From Octopus vulgaris (lineage: Eukaryota), in assembly GCA_951406725.2 (NCBI GenBank), contig OX597820.1, forward strand, positions 40,734,001 through 40,798,000: DNA of 64,000 bases, in the 5' to 3' direction. The stretch's first letter is position 1; each line of letters starts with the position of its first letter. The notes under the pieces were generated by a model that saw only the letters and a list, made by a program, of their open reading frames with translations, ran no database searches and had not been told where the DNA came from. Shown one piece after another: positions 38,659 through 53,572 of the stretch. The translations under genes and the position numbers were made by a program.

Positions 38659-39499
38659 TATGTACTGCATAAATTGTCGAGTAAATGAGAGGCATCTTTG
38701 CCTCCACTGATTCAGTTGCAAAGTGTTGAGTAAAGTTATTTGATTGCAGATCTCCTTTCAGTCTTTTTATTAGTCCCCACATGGTAACATTAGTTCCCAC
38801 ATAGTCCCCACATGGTAACATTGATTTCAAGGCCTTCCCAGATGAGTGACTGGTTATTCAAAGACATTTATAGATTGTATATTTATTCTGTCCAGTTACG
38901 TATCAGTATAGTGGTCATTTGCAAACTTCAACCTTATTTCTCCTTAGCCCTCACCTCACACAGTTGTTAATGTTTATTTCTGTTGGGTCACGCCCTTCCA
39001 ATTGCTATAGATTCGTAATGCATCTTACGGCTGTGTCTGTCAGCTGGATGGGGAGGAATCCTACATTGGGAGTGGTAACGACTAAGGTACTGCAGCTGAC
39101 TGCTTATTGTGATCATTCGTCTTTTGGCTTCCTGTAGCTTTGCTCTCTTTTACAAACCCAGTGAACATAGACCCAAGTTTAAAAGATTCTCAACAATTCA
39201 ACTTCTCTGGTTGACATTAAGATGCCCACCCCCAATAGGGGCGTTAACTCTCACATTTTAGAGCTCCATGACCTCCATTTTCCCGTAGCAAAACCCTTTT
39301 AACAGGTTCTATAAGACTGGAATTTTGGAATATGCGCATAAAAATCAGTAGTATGGGATACATGTGGCACGATTACAATTTTGTTTGGGTTTGTAAAGAG
39401 GGAAATAACCCTCATCTGCACTTCTGATGAAATTCGAAACATAGGTATTCCAGTTCATTACAGAAAATATAACAGAAAAGTCTAATTCTTCAATTGTAT

Positions 39500-39532
39500 G
39501 TAACTCGGGCAACGCCGGGTAACTCTGCTAGT
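39500..39532 (+). mobile_element. Helitron-type 3' terminus
   Basis: GC-rich hairpin CTCGGGCAACGCCGGG followed 7 nt later by CTAG-T; 5' end not located. Confidence 0.6.
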
Positions 39533-39560
39533 ATCTATCTATCTATATATATACATATAC

Positions 39561-39792
39561 CTATTTCTTTACTACCCACAAGGGGCTAAACACAGAGAGG
39601 ACAAACAAGGACAGACAAACGGATTAAGTCGATTATATCGACCCCAGAGCGTAACTGGTACTTATTTAATCGACCCCGAAAGGATGAAAGGCAAAGTCGA
39701 CCTCGGCGGAATTTGAACTCAGAACGTAGCGGCAGACGAAATACTGCTTAGCATTTCGCCCGGCGTGCTAACGTTTCTGCCAGCTCGTCGCC
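39561..39792 (-). mobile_element. SINE family A, young full copy
   Basis: Near-identical to 34849-35080; flanked by an imperfect TSD ending ATATACCTAT. Confidence 0.95.
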
Positions 39793-40428
39793 TATGTATA
39801 TATATACCTATGTACATACATACGTATATATGTTGACATATTAATATAGAAATATAATGGAAATCTAATGAGGAGAAACCAATGCTGCTCGGTGTGTAGA
39901 AGTGGAATGGTGAAATATATTTGCTTATCCAATCACTTATAAAAGCATAGAGATGAAAATGTTAAATAAATCATCATATGTGGAAAAAGAAAAATCAGCT
40001 CTTGTCAGTAGAGACGAAATTAAATGGTCCTGTCATTGTAGAAAATCTCTTAGTCATTTATTTTGCCTGTGAGACTTAAAACCGTGATACGTTTCTTAAG
40101 AAGCTGAATGAGAATTAATTCTTTGCTCAGCGTCATTAGCAACATAATTTGTAGGGTGTTGGTTTTATCTGGAATAGAAATTGGGTTGGGGGACTTCATT
40201 GACTAAAGTTTCTTTTTTCCCCTGCGGTGCTTAACACTCTCTGAGCTACCATTAATTGGACTAGCAAATCACGAATCAGCTTTCTTCTTTCAAGGTATAA
40301 AATATTCATTCACAGTGGCAGGTAATTACACGCAATTTTCTTATTTGTCAAATAGCAAAGGGACTGCAATGCTGTGTCCAGTTTGACATGGTGAGATCAT
40401 TTTGGTAAGTCTTAATATTTGTCTTTAA

Positions 40429-40648
40429 CACTTTAGTATTTAAACCGGCTATATCTGTCACAAATATTCTAGTTGTTCTGTGCTCAAACCAATGAGAGCT
40501 GACCTGTCACAGCTACCTTACGACGGCGCTTTAAAAATAGACAATTACATCACTGGAATCTGAACGCTAAGAGATGTTGCATACTTCATTCAAAACAATG
40601 TTAAAAAATAAACATTACATTTGACGGTGTAATCTGAATGCTAAAGGG
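40429..40648. mobile_element. piggyBac-like MITE
   Basis: TTAA on both sides; TIRs CACTTTAGTATT and AATGCTAAAGGG. Confidence 0.8.
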
Positions 40649-40844
40649 TTAATGGGTACTTTTCATGATACATTTGGAAACAAGATCCAAGATTACTGGA
40701 GAAGAGAGTCGACTGCAAATGAGGATATACTACAAATTTCTACAGAAATTTCTGTTTCACATCTACAATAAACAATTTGTTCTCCTTCAAGGGGAAAAAT
40801 TAAAGCTACATATTGCTCTTAGAACAATTTATATTCTGTAAATA

Positions 40845-42096
40845 TGGGGTTGTCCGGAAAGTTCGTGCCGATTTTTCAAGGAAAGAAAAAGGTCAATAAA
40901 TACTTGCCACTACATTAAAAATCAACCAAATATGAACCATTTTGTTGCACAATGCGTCTCCAACTTTCCTTTAACTGGAAAATACCTTCTTCACAGAATT
41001 GAGGTGGTTTCATGGCAAAGAATTCATCAAGGTATCTTTTTACGTCATCCAAGGAATTAAAATTTTTACCATTAAGACTATTCTGCAGAGACCTGAATAA
41101 GTGGAAATCCGAAGCTGCAATATCTGTGAATATGGAGGGTGGGGTAACACATCCCAGCCGAGCTGCATCAATTTTTGTCTGGTTCCCAAAGAAACGTGCG
41201 GTCTTGCATTATCATGTTGGAAAACAATACTCTTCATGTTGGCCAATTCTGGACACAGCATTGCAGTCCCTTTGCAGGTGATATTGGAAAGGAATTCTGT
41301 ACAATGAGCTTCTCCCAAGTAACCAGACAATTAATTCTGAGAAATACTGCACACAACTGGACGAGTTAAAAGCAGCAATTCAAGACACAAAGCAAGACTT
41401 TTTTAGGGTGAAGACCTGCTTTTGGGGTGGCTAAGGGTGGTTCATGTCGCTTACTCCAGAATCGCTTTCTCTGGACATTTCGGTAGAAAGTCCATTTCTC
41501 ACCACCTGTCACAATTTGTTTTAAAAAAGGTGCGTTTTCATTTCCACAGATGGAAATGCGATCCAAAAGGTTCTTCTCACTCAACTCATGTGGTACCCAA
41601 GCATCGTAGCGATTTGTGTACCCAATCTTTACCAGGTGCTCATGAACGACGGATTTTGATAGGTTGAGGCTTTCTACCAATTTTCGGATTGGGCAATGTG
41701 GATTATTCTCAATTAATCACTTGATTTGGTCATCATCTGTAGTGGATGGTCTCCCTGATCGCTCTTTATCAATAAGGCTACAATCTCCAGCTCGGAACCT
41801 TGCGAACTACTTCCGTACAGTTCTTTCGGATAAAGAAACATCACCGTAAACTGCGCATATTACTTTCGTTGCTTGTGAGGCATTTTTCCCTTTTCGGAAA
41901 AAAAAAAGCATCCATTTTAAAGAGTTACAGAATTAACACAGGTTATAGGAACATAAACCTTCTTCCACAAAAAGATAGCTTAAACAGTGCTCTAAATGGA
42001 GGTGTAATCAAATCCTATTTATGGACTCAGTCGTGTTCTAAAATAAGTCGAAGGGTAACCTACTATAAATCGGCATGAACTTTCCCGACAACCCAA
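40845..42096 (-). mobile_element. Full-length mariner transposon, transposase pseudogene
   Basis: TA-flanked ~30-bp TIRs (TGGGGTTGTCCGGAAAGTTCGTGCCGATTT and AAATCGGCATGAACTTTCCCGACAACCCAA); WVPHEL, IVTGGEKW, HDNARPH, HPPYS motifs; ~1.25 kb. Confidence 0.96.
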
Positions 42097-43293
42097 TATT
42101 AACGCTTTATTTGCGTAATGAAAGAGAGGAACATTATTATTATTTTTTTTTGTGAGACAATGATAGGCAATTTCACTAAAAGATTTTTCTGAAGTAATAC
42201 AGTTTCAACACATTCATCTTAAATGATCTATAAAATATATTTCTTTTTCATAAGAATGTATCTATCTATCCATCTATCTGTTGACTCCCAGTCAATCTCA
42301 CTCTCTCTGTCTCTGTCTGTCTGTCTCTGTCTCTCTCTCTCTCTCTGTCTGTCTCTCTCTCTCTGTGCACGCATGCAACTCCCCCCCCCACACACACACA
42401 CACACAAGGGAAGCTGTCCTGAGCAATATTATAAATTGCATTCTGTAATGAGAATCATGTCTGGAATTCAGAAATAGGATTTCTAGACTAATATTCACTA
42501 ATACTCACAGGTCCACTATGCCTCGGAGTGGTGTTGCTTGTCCAAGACCTCTAGTATAAGCTCTAACCCTCAAGAGTTAACTCACTGTTATAGGAGAGTC
42601 ATTTGTAAATATACCGGATGAATGCACAGGGAAACCAACGTTGTAACTTTTCTGAGAATAAAGATGAAGGACTTAGGCTTGGGGGTCCATGATCACCACA
42701 TCTGTAGGTATGGTACATGAAGAAGGAAAAGTGTGTGTGTAAAAGAGAGGGAGTGTGAGAGATAGGTGAGAAAGAGAGAAAGAAGCAGACAAACAGAAAG
42801 GTAGAGAGTTATTACAGGAACAGATAATTAGATAATATACTACGTAGAAACTATTTGCAGTACATGTGAGCAATCCTGAGATCATTATTTCAGTCATTCT
42901 GCAGCTCTCATTTAAACTTAAACTATTTGGTCTTACGTATATCTAAACGGTATGTACTTTTGGGTGCGCATTTAAATCTTTCGGGTTATTACGTCCTTCG
43001 AAAAAGAAAACTCTGAACGTAATTATCATTGACTTACTAACAGATGTTTGACTTCCTATAAATTGAACTTTTCGTTCTTCCTCTATTCCTGGGTGATTTG
43101 TGCAGTACCCAATCCTGATACCAGCATTTGAAATACATAGTGTGGAAAGCAAAAAGAAGTAATTAAGTTCTGTTCAACTGCAGCTGATTAACTTGGATAA
43201 TCGCCAAAACATTGAAACGACTGGTTGAGATGACTTCTGGAATATAATCTATATTTTCTTTTATAGGCGCAGGAGTGGCTGTGTGGTAAGAAG

Positions 43294-44114
43294 ATGGACA
43301 ACAACGGTTGCCCACGGAAGGATCCGAAGGCTGCGGGAGGAAGGGAGGATCTGCTGGACAAAGCGGAGGAAAACCACTCTCCCGTGGCAAAGGAAAAAAA
43401 ATAGAAAAAAAAAAGAAAATCGGGACATTGCCGGTCGTTTGTGATACACTGCCGGCGTGTCCCGAAGTACCTTCCGTGGGAATTGTGCCATCGAAGGTAG
43501 AAACTGTAGAACCCTCTCATGCTGTGGAGGAGGAGTTTGTGGTCCTCTTCCATAAGAGGACAATAGAAAACTTCATCAAGAAGTTTAAAAGGAAAGGCCG
43601 AAGGGAGGGGATTGTGTCCTGCACGGAGGACCCTGACCTCCAGGTGGCTGCGGAGGTCATATGGGAAACGGATCAGTGCAGGATAATGAACTCCTTCCCG
43701 GCAGACACTTTCAATTTTGTATTAAAGTAGCTCGACTTGACACCGTCCAGGTGTTTGACCAAGGCGAGAAGTCTAGTCAGGAAGGAAGACTTATAATTAA
43801 TTAAAGTAAGCGGCTTGGTGCCTCATTCGTATTGTTTTGTTGATTTTTAACTTATGTAAGAGTTTTACTGCCTCACAATGGCTCTCTTGTTCTAAATGTA
43901 AGAGGTTTATTGCCTTCTGGATGTTTTACCATGTAAGAGGTTTGTTGCCTCAATATCTATTTATAAAGAACAATGTGCTCGGGTAAACAGCAATCGGCGG
44001 GTGTTGCTTTGTCCTCATTATTATCATATCGTCTATCATTTCATCGCATTATGTCCTTGTCCAGCCTGTAGCTTCCTTTCTTTGTAAGGCCCTTGTGGCC
44101 AATTTAATGAGTAA
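43294..44114 (+). mobile_element. 5'-truncated Tx1/L1-type element (ORF1-like 3' part plus UTR) inserted in a SINE B head
   Basis: GC-rich Lys/Pro-rich ORF remnant, T-rich UTR, tail GGCCCTTGTGGCCAAT; AAGAAG duplicated at 43288-93 and 44115-20. Confidence 0.7.
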
Positions 44115-44255
44115 AAGAAGCTTGCTTCCCAACCACAAGGTTCTGGCTTCAGTCCCACTGCGTGACACTTTGGGGAAGTGTTTTTCTACTATAGCCTCGT
44201 GCCGACCAAAGCCTTGTAAGGGAATTTAGTAGACTGAAACTGAAAGAAGCTCGTC

Positions 44256-44299
<44 letters not shown>

Positions 44300-44500
44300 G
44301 TGTGTGTGTATGTTTGTCCCCCACCATATCTTCACAACCGATGTTGGTGTGTTTACGTCCCCGTAACATAACGGTTTGTCAAAATATACGCATAGAATAA
44401 TTATATAGAATGAATAAATCCTGGGGTCGATTTGTTCGACTAAAGGCAGTGCTCCACCATGGCTGCAGTCAAATGACTGAAACAAGTAAAATAATAAAAA
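44115..44500 (+). mobile_element. SINE family B body (first 28 bp at 43266-43293)
   Basis: GGCGCAGGAGTGGCTGTGTGGTAAGAAG joined to CTTGCTTCCCAACCAC reconstitutes the B head. Confidence 0.92.
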
Positions 44501-44898
44501 ATACTTTTATACACAGACACACGCATTAGATACATATATGCAGCTATTACATAATCGATCTTATTCAGTGTATTGCAAGACAGAATCAAGATGTATGGAT
44601 GCTGTACAGATATCTTTTCACAGGCCCAACAAACAGATAGTTGCTTCATAATTTGCAGACATGTTTCTCAGGTGGTTGAATCATATTTTCATCTTTCTTT
44701 GGTTCATGACAGCATCAGGGAGGGAGACGACTGAATTCGCCTTAAATAGACCAACATGTTTACACGCTCAATGTTTAAAGGACATATTAATATTCATGAG
44801 GTGTCATTTAATTTGCGGCTTGTTTAAATTTTGTCGGTTTAATGAAATTTTCCTCACACGTGGATGCAATATAATTTTTGTTCATGATGCTCAGGTAA

Positions 44899-45262
44899 GC
44901 GGGTGGAGAAGACTTTTACGGATTCCATGGACAGCGAGGCTCACCAATAGAGAAGTTCTTAAGCAGATCAGGCCGAAAATACGCTAGAAGTTAGGATCAC
45001 CAAGCATAGATTGGCATATTTCGGTCATATTATGCGGAGAAAATACCTGGAAAAGGACATCATGCTCGGAATGGTCAGTGGCAAGAGAGGAAGAGACCGA
45101 CCAAGAACCCGCTGGCTTGACACCATCAAGAGTGATACCGGAATGGACATAGCCAATCTGAAAGAAGCGGCCCAGGATAGAACTGACTGGAGGACACTGA
45201 TACAACAAGTAACCGAGAGTCGACTTCGACTGAGCGGATAGATAGAGAGATAGAGAGGTAGG

Positions 45263-45343
<81 letters not shown>
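44899..45343 (+). mobile_element. RTE/BovB-like LINE 3' end with (GATA)n tail
   Basis: WRRLLRIPWTARLTNREVL, YFGHIMR, MLGMVSGKRGRDRPRTRWLD, VTESRLRLSG*. Confidence 0.92.
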
Positions 45344-45800
45344 GCTAATTACAAATATCTCCCAATATGAATATCGGTGGTCCTTGCATCTTCAATTCGG
45401 TATTTAAGAGGAACTTTTCTCTGCACAGTCCTGCATTGTGTAGACACCTTGGAATACTTACATCTTCCTTACGAACGATATTGCTACCCCAACTCAGTTG
45501 CCTACAATGCACGTATGTTTCTGTTTATACCAGATTTCGGAACTGAAAGACATGGCCATCTCTCAGGGAGTATCTTCAAATTGTATGGAAATTATGACGA
45601 AAATAACGTTTTCGTTCATTATCCATTCCCCGGAGATTTATACAGCACTCACTCGTGTTGCAAGCATTTGATACACATAGTGCGGATAAACAAGTAATTG
45701 TTTAGTTCAACTTCAGCTGACGTGATAAACTATAACAAAGACATTTCAGGTGGCGTTAAGGACCCAGCTATTTCAAACCTCTTCGATTCACATCAATATA

Positions 45801-45853
<53 letters not shown>

Positions 45854-46050
45854 GTGACTTTTACTGTGGTCTTGGGCTGGCCCAACTTTTCTAAAAGAAT
45901 GTGCTAGACGGAAACAAAAAGTAGTCCGTCGTATGTATGTATATATGTACGTATGTATGTATGTATGTATGTATGTATGTATGTATGTATGTATGTATGT
46001 ATAATGTTATGTGGATGACCTTGCATTTGTTTGTTCTGTAACCTTAGTTT

Positions 46051-46160
<110 letters not shown>

Positions 46161-46170
46161 TATATATTCG

Positions 46171-46358
46171 CCATGATAGATCGCTAAACACTAAACCTTT
46201 TTCCATTTTCTCTCCGTTTGTGCGTTCCTCTCTGTCGAAGAGCGTGGGCTCGAAACGTAAAAGACTTTCTCACTTCCCGAGCATTAAACTAATACATCTG
46301 TTTGCTGTTTACACACCCGTCTTCGTCTTTTGTTTTCTTTTTCGTAAATTCTCAACGT
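46171..46358 (+). mobile_element. ~190-bp (TA)n-embedded element with hammerhead-like motif, copy 2
   Basis: CTGTCGA-A-GAGC-GTGG-GCTC-GAAA-CG-TA at 46232-46259; lies within the microsatellite of a decayed SINE B (~45865-46640). Confidence 0.82.
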
Positions 46359-46442
<84 letters not shown>

Positions 46443-46803
46443 ATATATATATATATACATACATACGACGTAACTTAGTGGTTAGGTTGGCAAATGATAC
46501 TAGTAGTATAAGTGCCCAACTTGAGGAGAAACAAATTGATAAGTAAGCGGATTGATTGGCTCGACTAAATTTTTTCAAGGCGGTGCCCTAAAATAGCTGC
46601 AATTTAATGAATGAAACAAATAAGGAGCAATAAAAAAAGCATATACATACATACACACATATACACATACATTATCACATACATGCAAGCATACAAATAT
46701 ACGTGAATGTATATACGTACGTACACACAACCTTACATGTATATATGCATGCATCCTTACATACATACATACATACATACAAACATACATTACATTACAT
46801 ACA

Positions 46804-46834
<31 letters not shown>

Positions 46835-47159
46835 CATACATACATACATACATACATACATACATGCATACATATGCATCTATATAAACGCATTTTGAAA
46901 GCAAAGCAAGAGCAATTACGAAAATTAAATGAATAAAGTGACACATCGAAAAGCAATAAATAGGAACCTTTCGTACGATTTGATCCTATTAAGAAGATCA
47001 AATCTTAAAAAGGTCTGCCATTGAAACACAATCTGAAATGCCATTTTTCACAATTTTTTATTTTTATTTTTAATAAATTCATCATTTATATTAAGTAAAT
47101 ATTTATTTTAGTTTGTCACAAAAAAAACCAACAACAATATAGCGCGAAAGGAAGTGAAT

Positions 47160-48350
<1,191 letters not shown>

Positions 48351-49028
48351 TGCATATTGGTATTCATTTATCCGTGTATATTTATGTATCCTTAGCCGAT
48401 TACACGAGGAATGTAAACATAATATTATGACCGTACAATGTTTGATGTGTGTGATTTTATTACGATGAGCGTGGTGTTATCATGAATATTATCATTATGT
48501 TGTTGCTATTATCATTATTATTATTGTTATTATCATCATTATTATTACCAGAAATTTGCAGGCGTTGGAAATTTAAGAAAACCTTGTCTATGTTGTACCA
48601 AATTCCTTTTCTCATGGGTTACTATTTTATAAATATTTCGTACAACATGACGGTAGCCAAATTGTCCAGAAGTTTCCGGTGGTGCCCTATCTATTATGGT
48701 AAAAAAATTAAAGAGAGCCAATGATATGATAGTGATTAGTCTTTATAAAATATTATCATGCCAATAATAATGATTTGTCATTTTGATTGATTTTTGTTTA
48801 TTTTATTTGATTAACTATTTATTTACTTGTTTACTTAAGGCGTGTTTCGTAGATGAGAATGTAAATATGTCTGAATCGATAATGTATATCAACCCCAGCT
48901 TGATTTGACTACTTCACAAAGAGATTGTAGGTACGGGTATCCAGTTGATACTTGGTATGAAAAAAAAAATGAATATGTTTGACTATAAGTTATCAACATT
49001 TTCACCGACTAAAACACCACGATACTGT

Positions 49029-49101
<73 letters not shown>

Positions 49102-49111
49102 GGTGGTGCTG

Positions 49112-49164
<53 letters not shown>

Positions 49165-49654
49165 TGTAGTAGTACGTAACACTTTATCTTAATTGTTCTA
49201 ACTGAATGCATCTCACAAATGTATCACCCAGTTCTAGCGTATTTGCGGCACTTAGTAGAGATCATTTTGTTGTTAAAATTCAGGACAGTCTACTATCAAA
49301 AGGCAATTTCCACATGTGCTCCCATTAGTCACACAAACCCTAGAAAAATATTACGTTGTTTATTTAATGTTGTGAGGACGCGTGGCTAAGTGATTTGGGG
49401 TGTTGCTCTCACGGTCGCAAAGTAGTGGTTTCAATTCACGGACCGGGCGGCGTGTTATGCTCTTGAGTGAAACGCCTCATTTCCTGTTTTCAGTCCACAC
49501 AGCTCTGAATTAATAATTATGCAACGGACTGGAGTCCCTTTCAGGGATAATGTTGTAATTCTTGGTCCCTTATATGCCATTCAAAACGGGTAACAGTTCT
49601 CATTTGCTTTTATGTTGACATTTGAGGTAGAAATGAAGTTCTGTAATAATTCTA

Positions 49655-49904
49655 ATTTTGGCACAAGGCCAGAAATTTCGAGAGGAGCGGGTTAGCCGAT
49701 TACATTGAACCCAATAATGAAAGTGATAATGGTTTCAGAGCCAATTATATCAACCCCAGTGCACAACTGGTACTTATTTTATCGGCTCCGAAAGGATAAA
49801 AGGCAAAGTCGACCTCGGCGGAATTTAAACTCAGAACGTAAAGACGGACGAAATACTGCTATGCATTGTACCCGACTTGCTAACGATTCTACGAACTCAC
49901 CGCC
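49655..49904 (-). mobile_element. SINE family A variant (alternative tail)
   Basis: AGGCAAAGTCGACCTCGGCGGAATTTAAACTCAGAACGTAAAGACGGACGAAATAC block. Confidence 0.85.
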
Positions 49905-50376
49905 CATACATCGACCCCAATAGTGAAAGTAATAATAACGCCTCAGTCACTATGGTTATTGTGATTATTATATTTATTTTCACGTATCAACATCATTATC
50001 GTGAACATATTATTATGTAGGATTTCAGATTTTATCAGGCATTTCATTCCTGATTGTTGTCATGAACATCAATAGTATTTCTAAAATCTTCCTCAATAAA
50101 GCAGTCCTGGTAGTATTGGTATTAGTAGTGATGGTGCTAGTAGTGGTGGCTTTGGTGGTAGTGGAAGTAATGGTGGTAGAAGTAGTTATCTCAGTAGCTG
50201 TTAATAGTTGCCATGGGTTTTATTTATTGTTTTCAACATAGACTTCATTGCAGTGACCCAGGGTAAAAGATCATTATCATAACTGCATTGTTGTTATTAT
50301 TATTTTTACGACTGTTATTGTTAGAATTATTAATGCTACACTTATCTTTGATAACCAAAACGGGAGAGTATAGACA

Positions 50377-50408
50377 TCATCATCATTATTATTATTATGA
50401 TTATTATA

Positions 50409-50484
<76 letters not shown>

Positions 50485-50524
50485 TCAATATTATTATTAT
50501 TATTATTTATTATTATTATTATAC

Positions 50525-50593
<69 letters not shown>

Positions 50594-50672
50594 CATTATT
50601 ATTATTATTATTATTATTAATAATAATATTACTACCATCATCATCATCATCATCATCGTATTCATCATCATT
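50377..50672. repeat. (ATT)n/(CAT)n microsatellite
   Basis: Direct read. Confidence 0.95.
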
Positions 50673-50993
50673 GCACCTACACCTGGCACTATTTCGATAA
50701 CTTCATGTTTATTTATTCGTATAGACAATAATCTGATTTGTTTTCTCTTTTTATTGTTAATTCAATGTTAAACACTGATCCCCCCACTCCCCTGCTAAGG
50801 TGCGGGTGGATTTAGATATATATGTGTACAGGCGTGTGCGTATGTGTCTGCATGTGTGTGTGTGAGAGTGTGTGAATATATATTTATATATATATATATA
50901 TATATATAAACACACACACACACCAGTTTCTAATATTTTTGTACGAAATATATTTTTCCTTTTCATGTGAGGGGACCCTCAGGCAGTTAAACA

Positions 50994-51035
<42 letters not shown>

Positions 51036-51263
51036 ATAGTGCTTGTGGTTTTTGTTGTGGTGGTGCTAGTGGTGGTTCAAGTATATTGGTGGTGGTGGTG
51101 GCAGTATTAATCAATATTAACAATGATGATGGTGATGGGCGCCATACGTTAACTCAGTTCAAAAACTATGTTGTTCATTGTTGCTAAATAGCAATAATCG
51201 GAACTTTTATTTATGCAAACATTTCCTGTATATAGTTCAATTATATCTTTATCTGTCTGCCTG

Positions 51264-51371
<108 letters not shown>

Positions 51372-52768
51372 CGTATATTTGTATACGTATGCAAATGCAT
51401 ACATATGCAAATATATACATCTATGTATTTATATCTGATTTATGGATATAATATTCTTACTATGTATATATACATATATATGTATGTGTGTGTGTTTGTG
51501 TGTCTGTATACATATACATATACACACTTACATCTAAAGACACACACAAATACACACACACATACGCACACACACATAGGAGCCTATAATGATCAATGTT
51601 CTACCTCTCTAGCCGGTTACTAATTGTCTAATTATTTAAACTTCGATTGTTGAGTACATTGAAATATTGTCGTAAAGGCGCTGTTCAAACGAGAGTGTCA
51701 GTCTTTTTCTACTACATGAAATCTTTTCTACACTATACCTTTACAGATTATGTCCTATATATCTGATAACTTATATTACAAAGATACAGTGATGAGAAAA
51801 TATTATGTAACAGATAATGCCTAGGAATTTAAGAAACACTATCTTGATTTAAGTATTTGATTAGTCCCTCGCTGAAAGTTTACTCTGTATTGTGGATATA
51901 CACACAAGCAATATGGAACTTTATGTGAGAAAGCCAATTGGATAGATTTCCCTGGCAACTAATTAAATTTCACCACTATTCAAAATATCGCAAAAATTTT
52001 AAGGATCCTTATACTGCTGAGTTCGAAATCATCAAGATTTCTTCGCCACGGAGCCACAGACCTTGGGAGAGGTAACAGTCGATTACATCAGCTTTAGTAA
52101 ATGACTGGTGCTTTATTTTATCAACTTTGGTATCCCGTCCAAGAGAGAAAGAACATATGCTATAAAGGGAAGTAATTTAATTTTCTAGGTATTTTATGTC
52201 AACACTACCGCATAATGCCATCCTGACCCACATTTAAAATAACAATGATAATTATCAACTACAAAAGTTCTATCACTGTGTATTGCTTTATTTCTCTTCA
52301 GTATTATATTGTGTAAAAAGTCGTAAAATAATGGTCGTGTAATCTTTTCATGTAGGCTTATTTATATCATAACATTAAAATATAGTATTTTTGCTTTCAT
52401 TTCAGGGATTGCTATAGATATTTTACTATATAATTTCTGCAGAATGTTTATGAATGGAACGGTGACATAATTATTTCATAAAATATAAGTAAGTTTCTTG
52501 TAGTATATCATTCATGTATTTTTTTTCTTGCTGATGTTTATTTTCTGTGTAATATCAGTGCAAAATAAGAGGCCCAGTAATGTTCGTAAATAACAAAATA
52601 ATACAATTCACACACCAATAGCAAATACAAATTGTACCAATCTTAAGTGACTAGTTTGTAAGTAGCGTAAATTCATTAAGGTGTATGCGTGTGGAAATGC
52701 AAACTGAGCGATATATACATATATACATGTACACATATACACACATTTGTTCATAAATACATACATAC

Positions 52769-52807
<39 letters not shown>

Positions 52808-53012
52808 CATAGATGCATATACATACATATATACATGCACATATATAAATACATTTTGTCTATACACATTCCCATATGAACGGTTATATAAATACTTATA
52901 CATACGTATATATATATGTGCACGTGCGTATATATGCATACATAATATATTTATACATACATACAAATATATGATATATAAATATACATAAATGTGAAGA
53001 TATCTACTTCGT

Positions 53013-53063
<51 letters not shown>

Positions 53064-53277
53064 TACAAAAAATAAGTATTTATACAGATGTTCTTGTCTT
53101 CAAACATATGCGACCAAAAGGCATGTATCCTTGTGTATTTATGTATGTATGTATGAATGCATATTTATATATATGTATGTGCATATATATATATGTATGT
53201 ATGTATATATATATTTATCTGCATACGTATATATATATGTATATATATATGCATGTATATATATTTATCTGCATACG

Positions 53278-53322
<45 letters not shown>

Positions 53323-53489
53323 CGTGAATATATATATTTGTATATATATATATATATATACGTGCATACATATATGTAATTTGAGTTGATGGGTAGAATG
53401 TTCGTATCATTCAGCGTCAATAAATTTGATAATCTTTAAAACAAAAATATTTCATCTCTGTGTTAAATCTATGTATCTGTATAAGGTGT

Positions 53490-53572
<83 letters not shown>

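Noticed and set aside
39424-39448. CTGATGA-AATTC-GAAA-CATAGG-TA hammerhead-like string
   Set aside because: No pairable stem II or stem I; chance match or heavily deleted remnant
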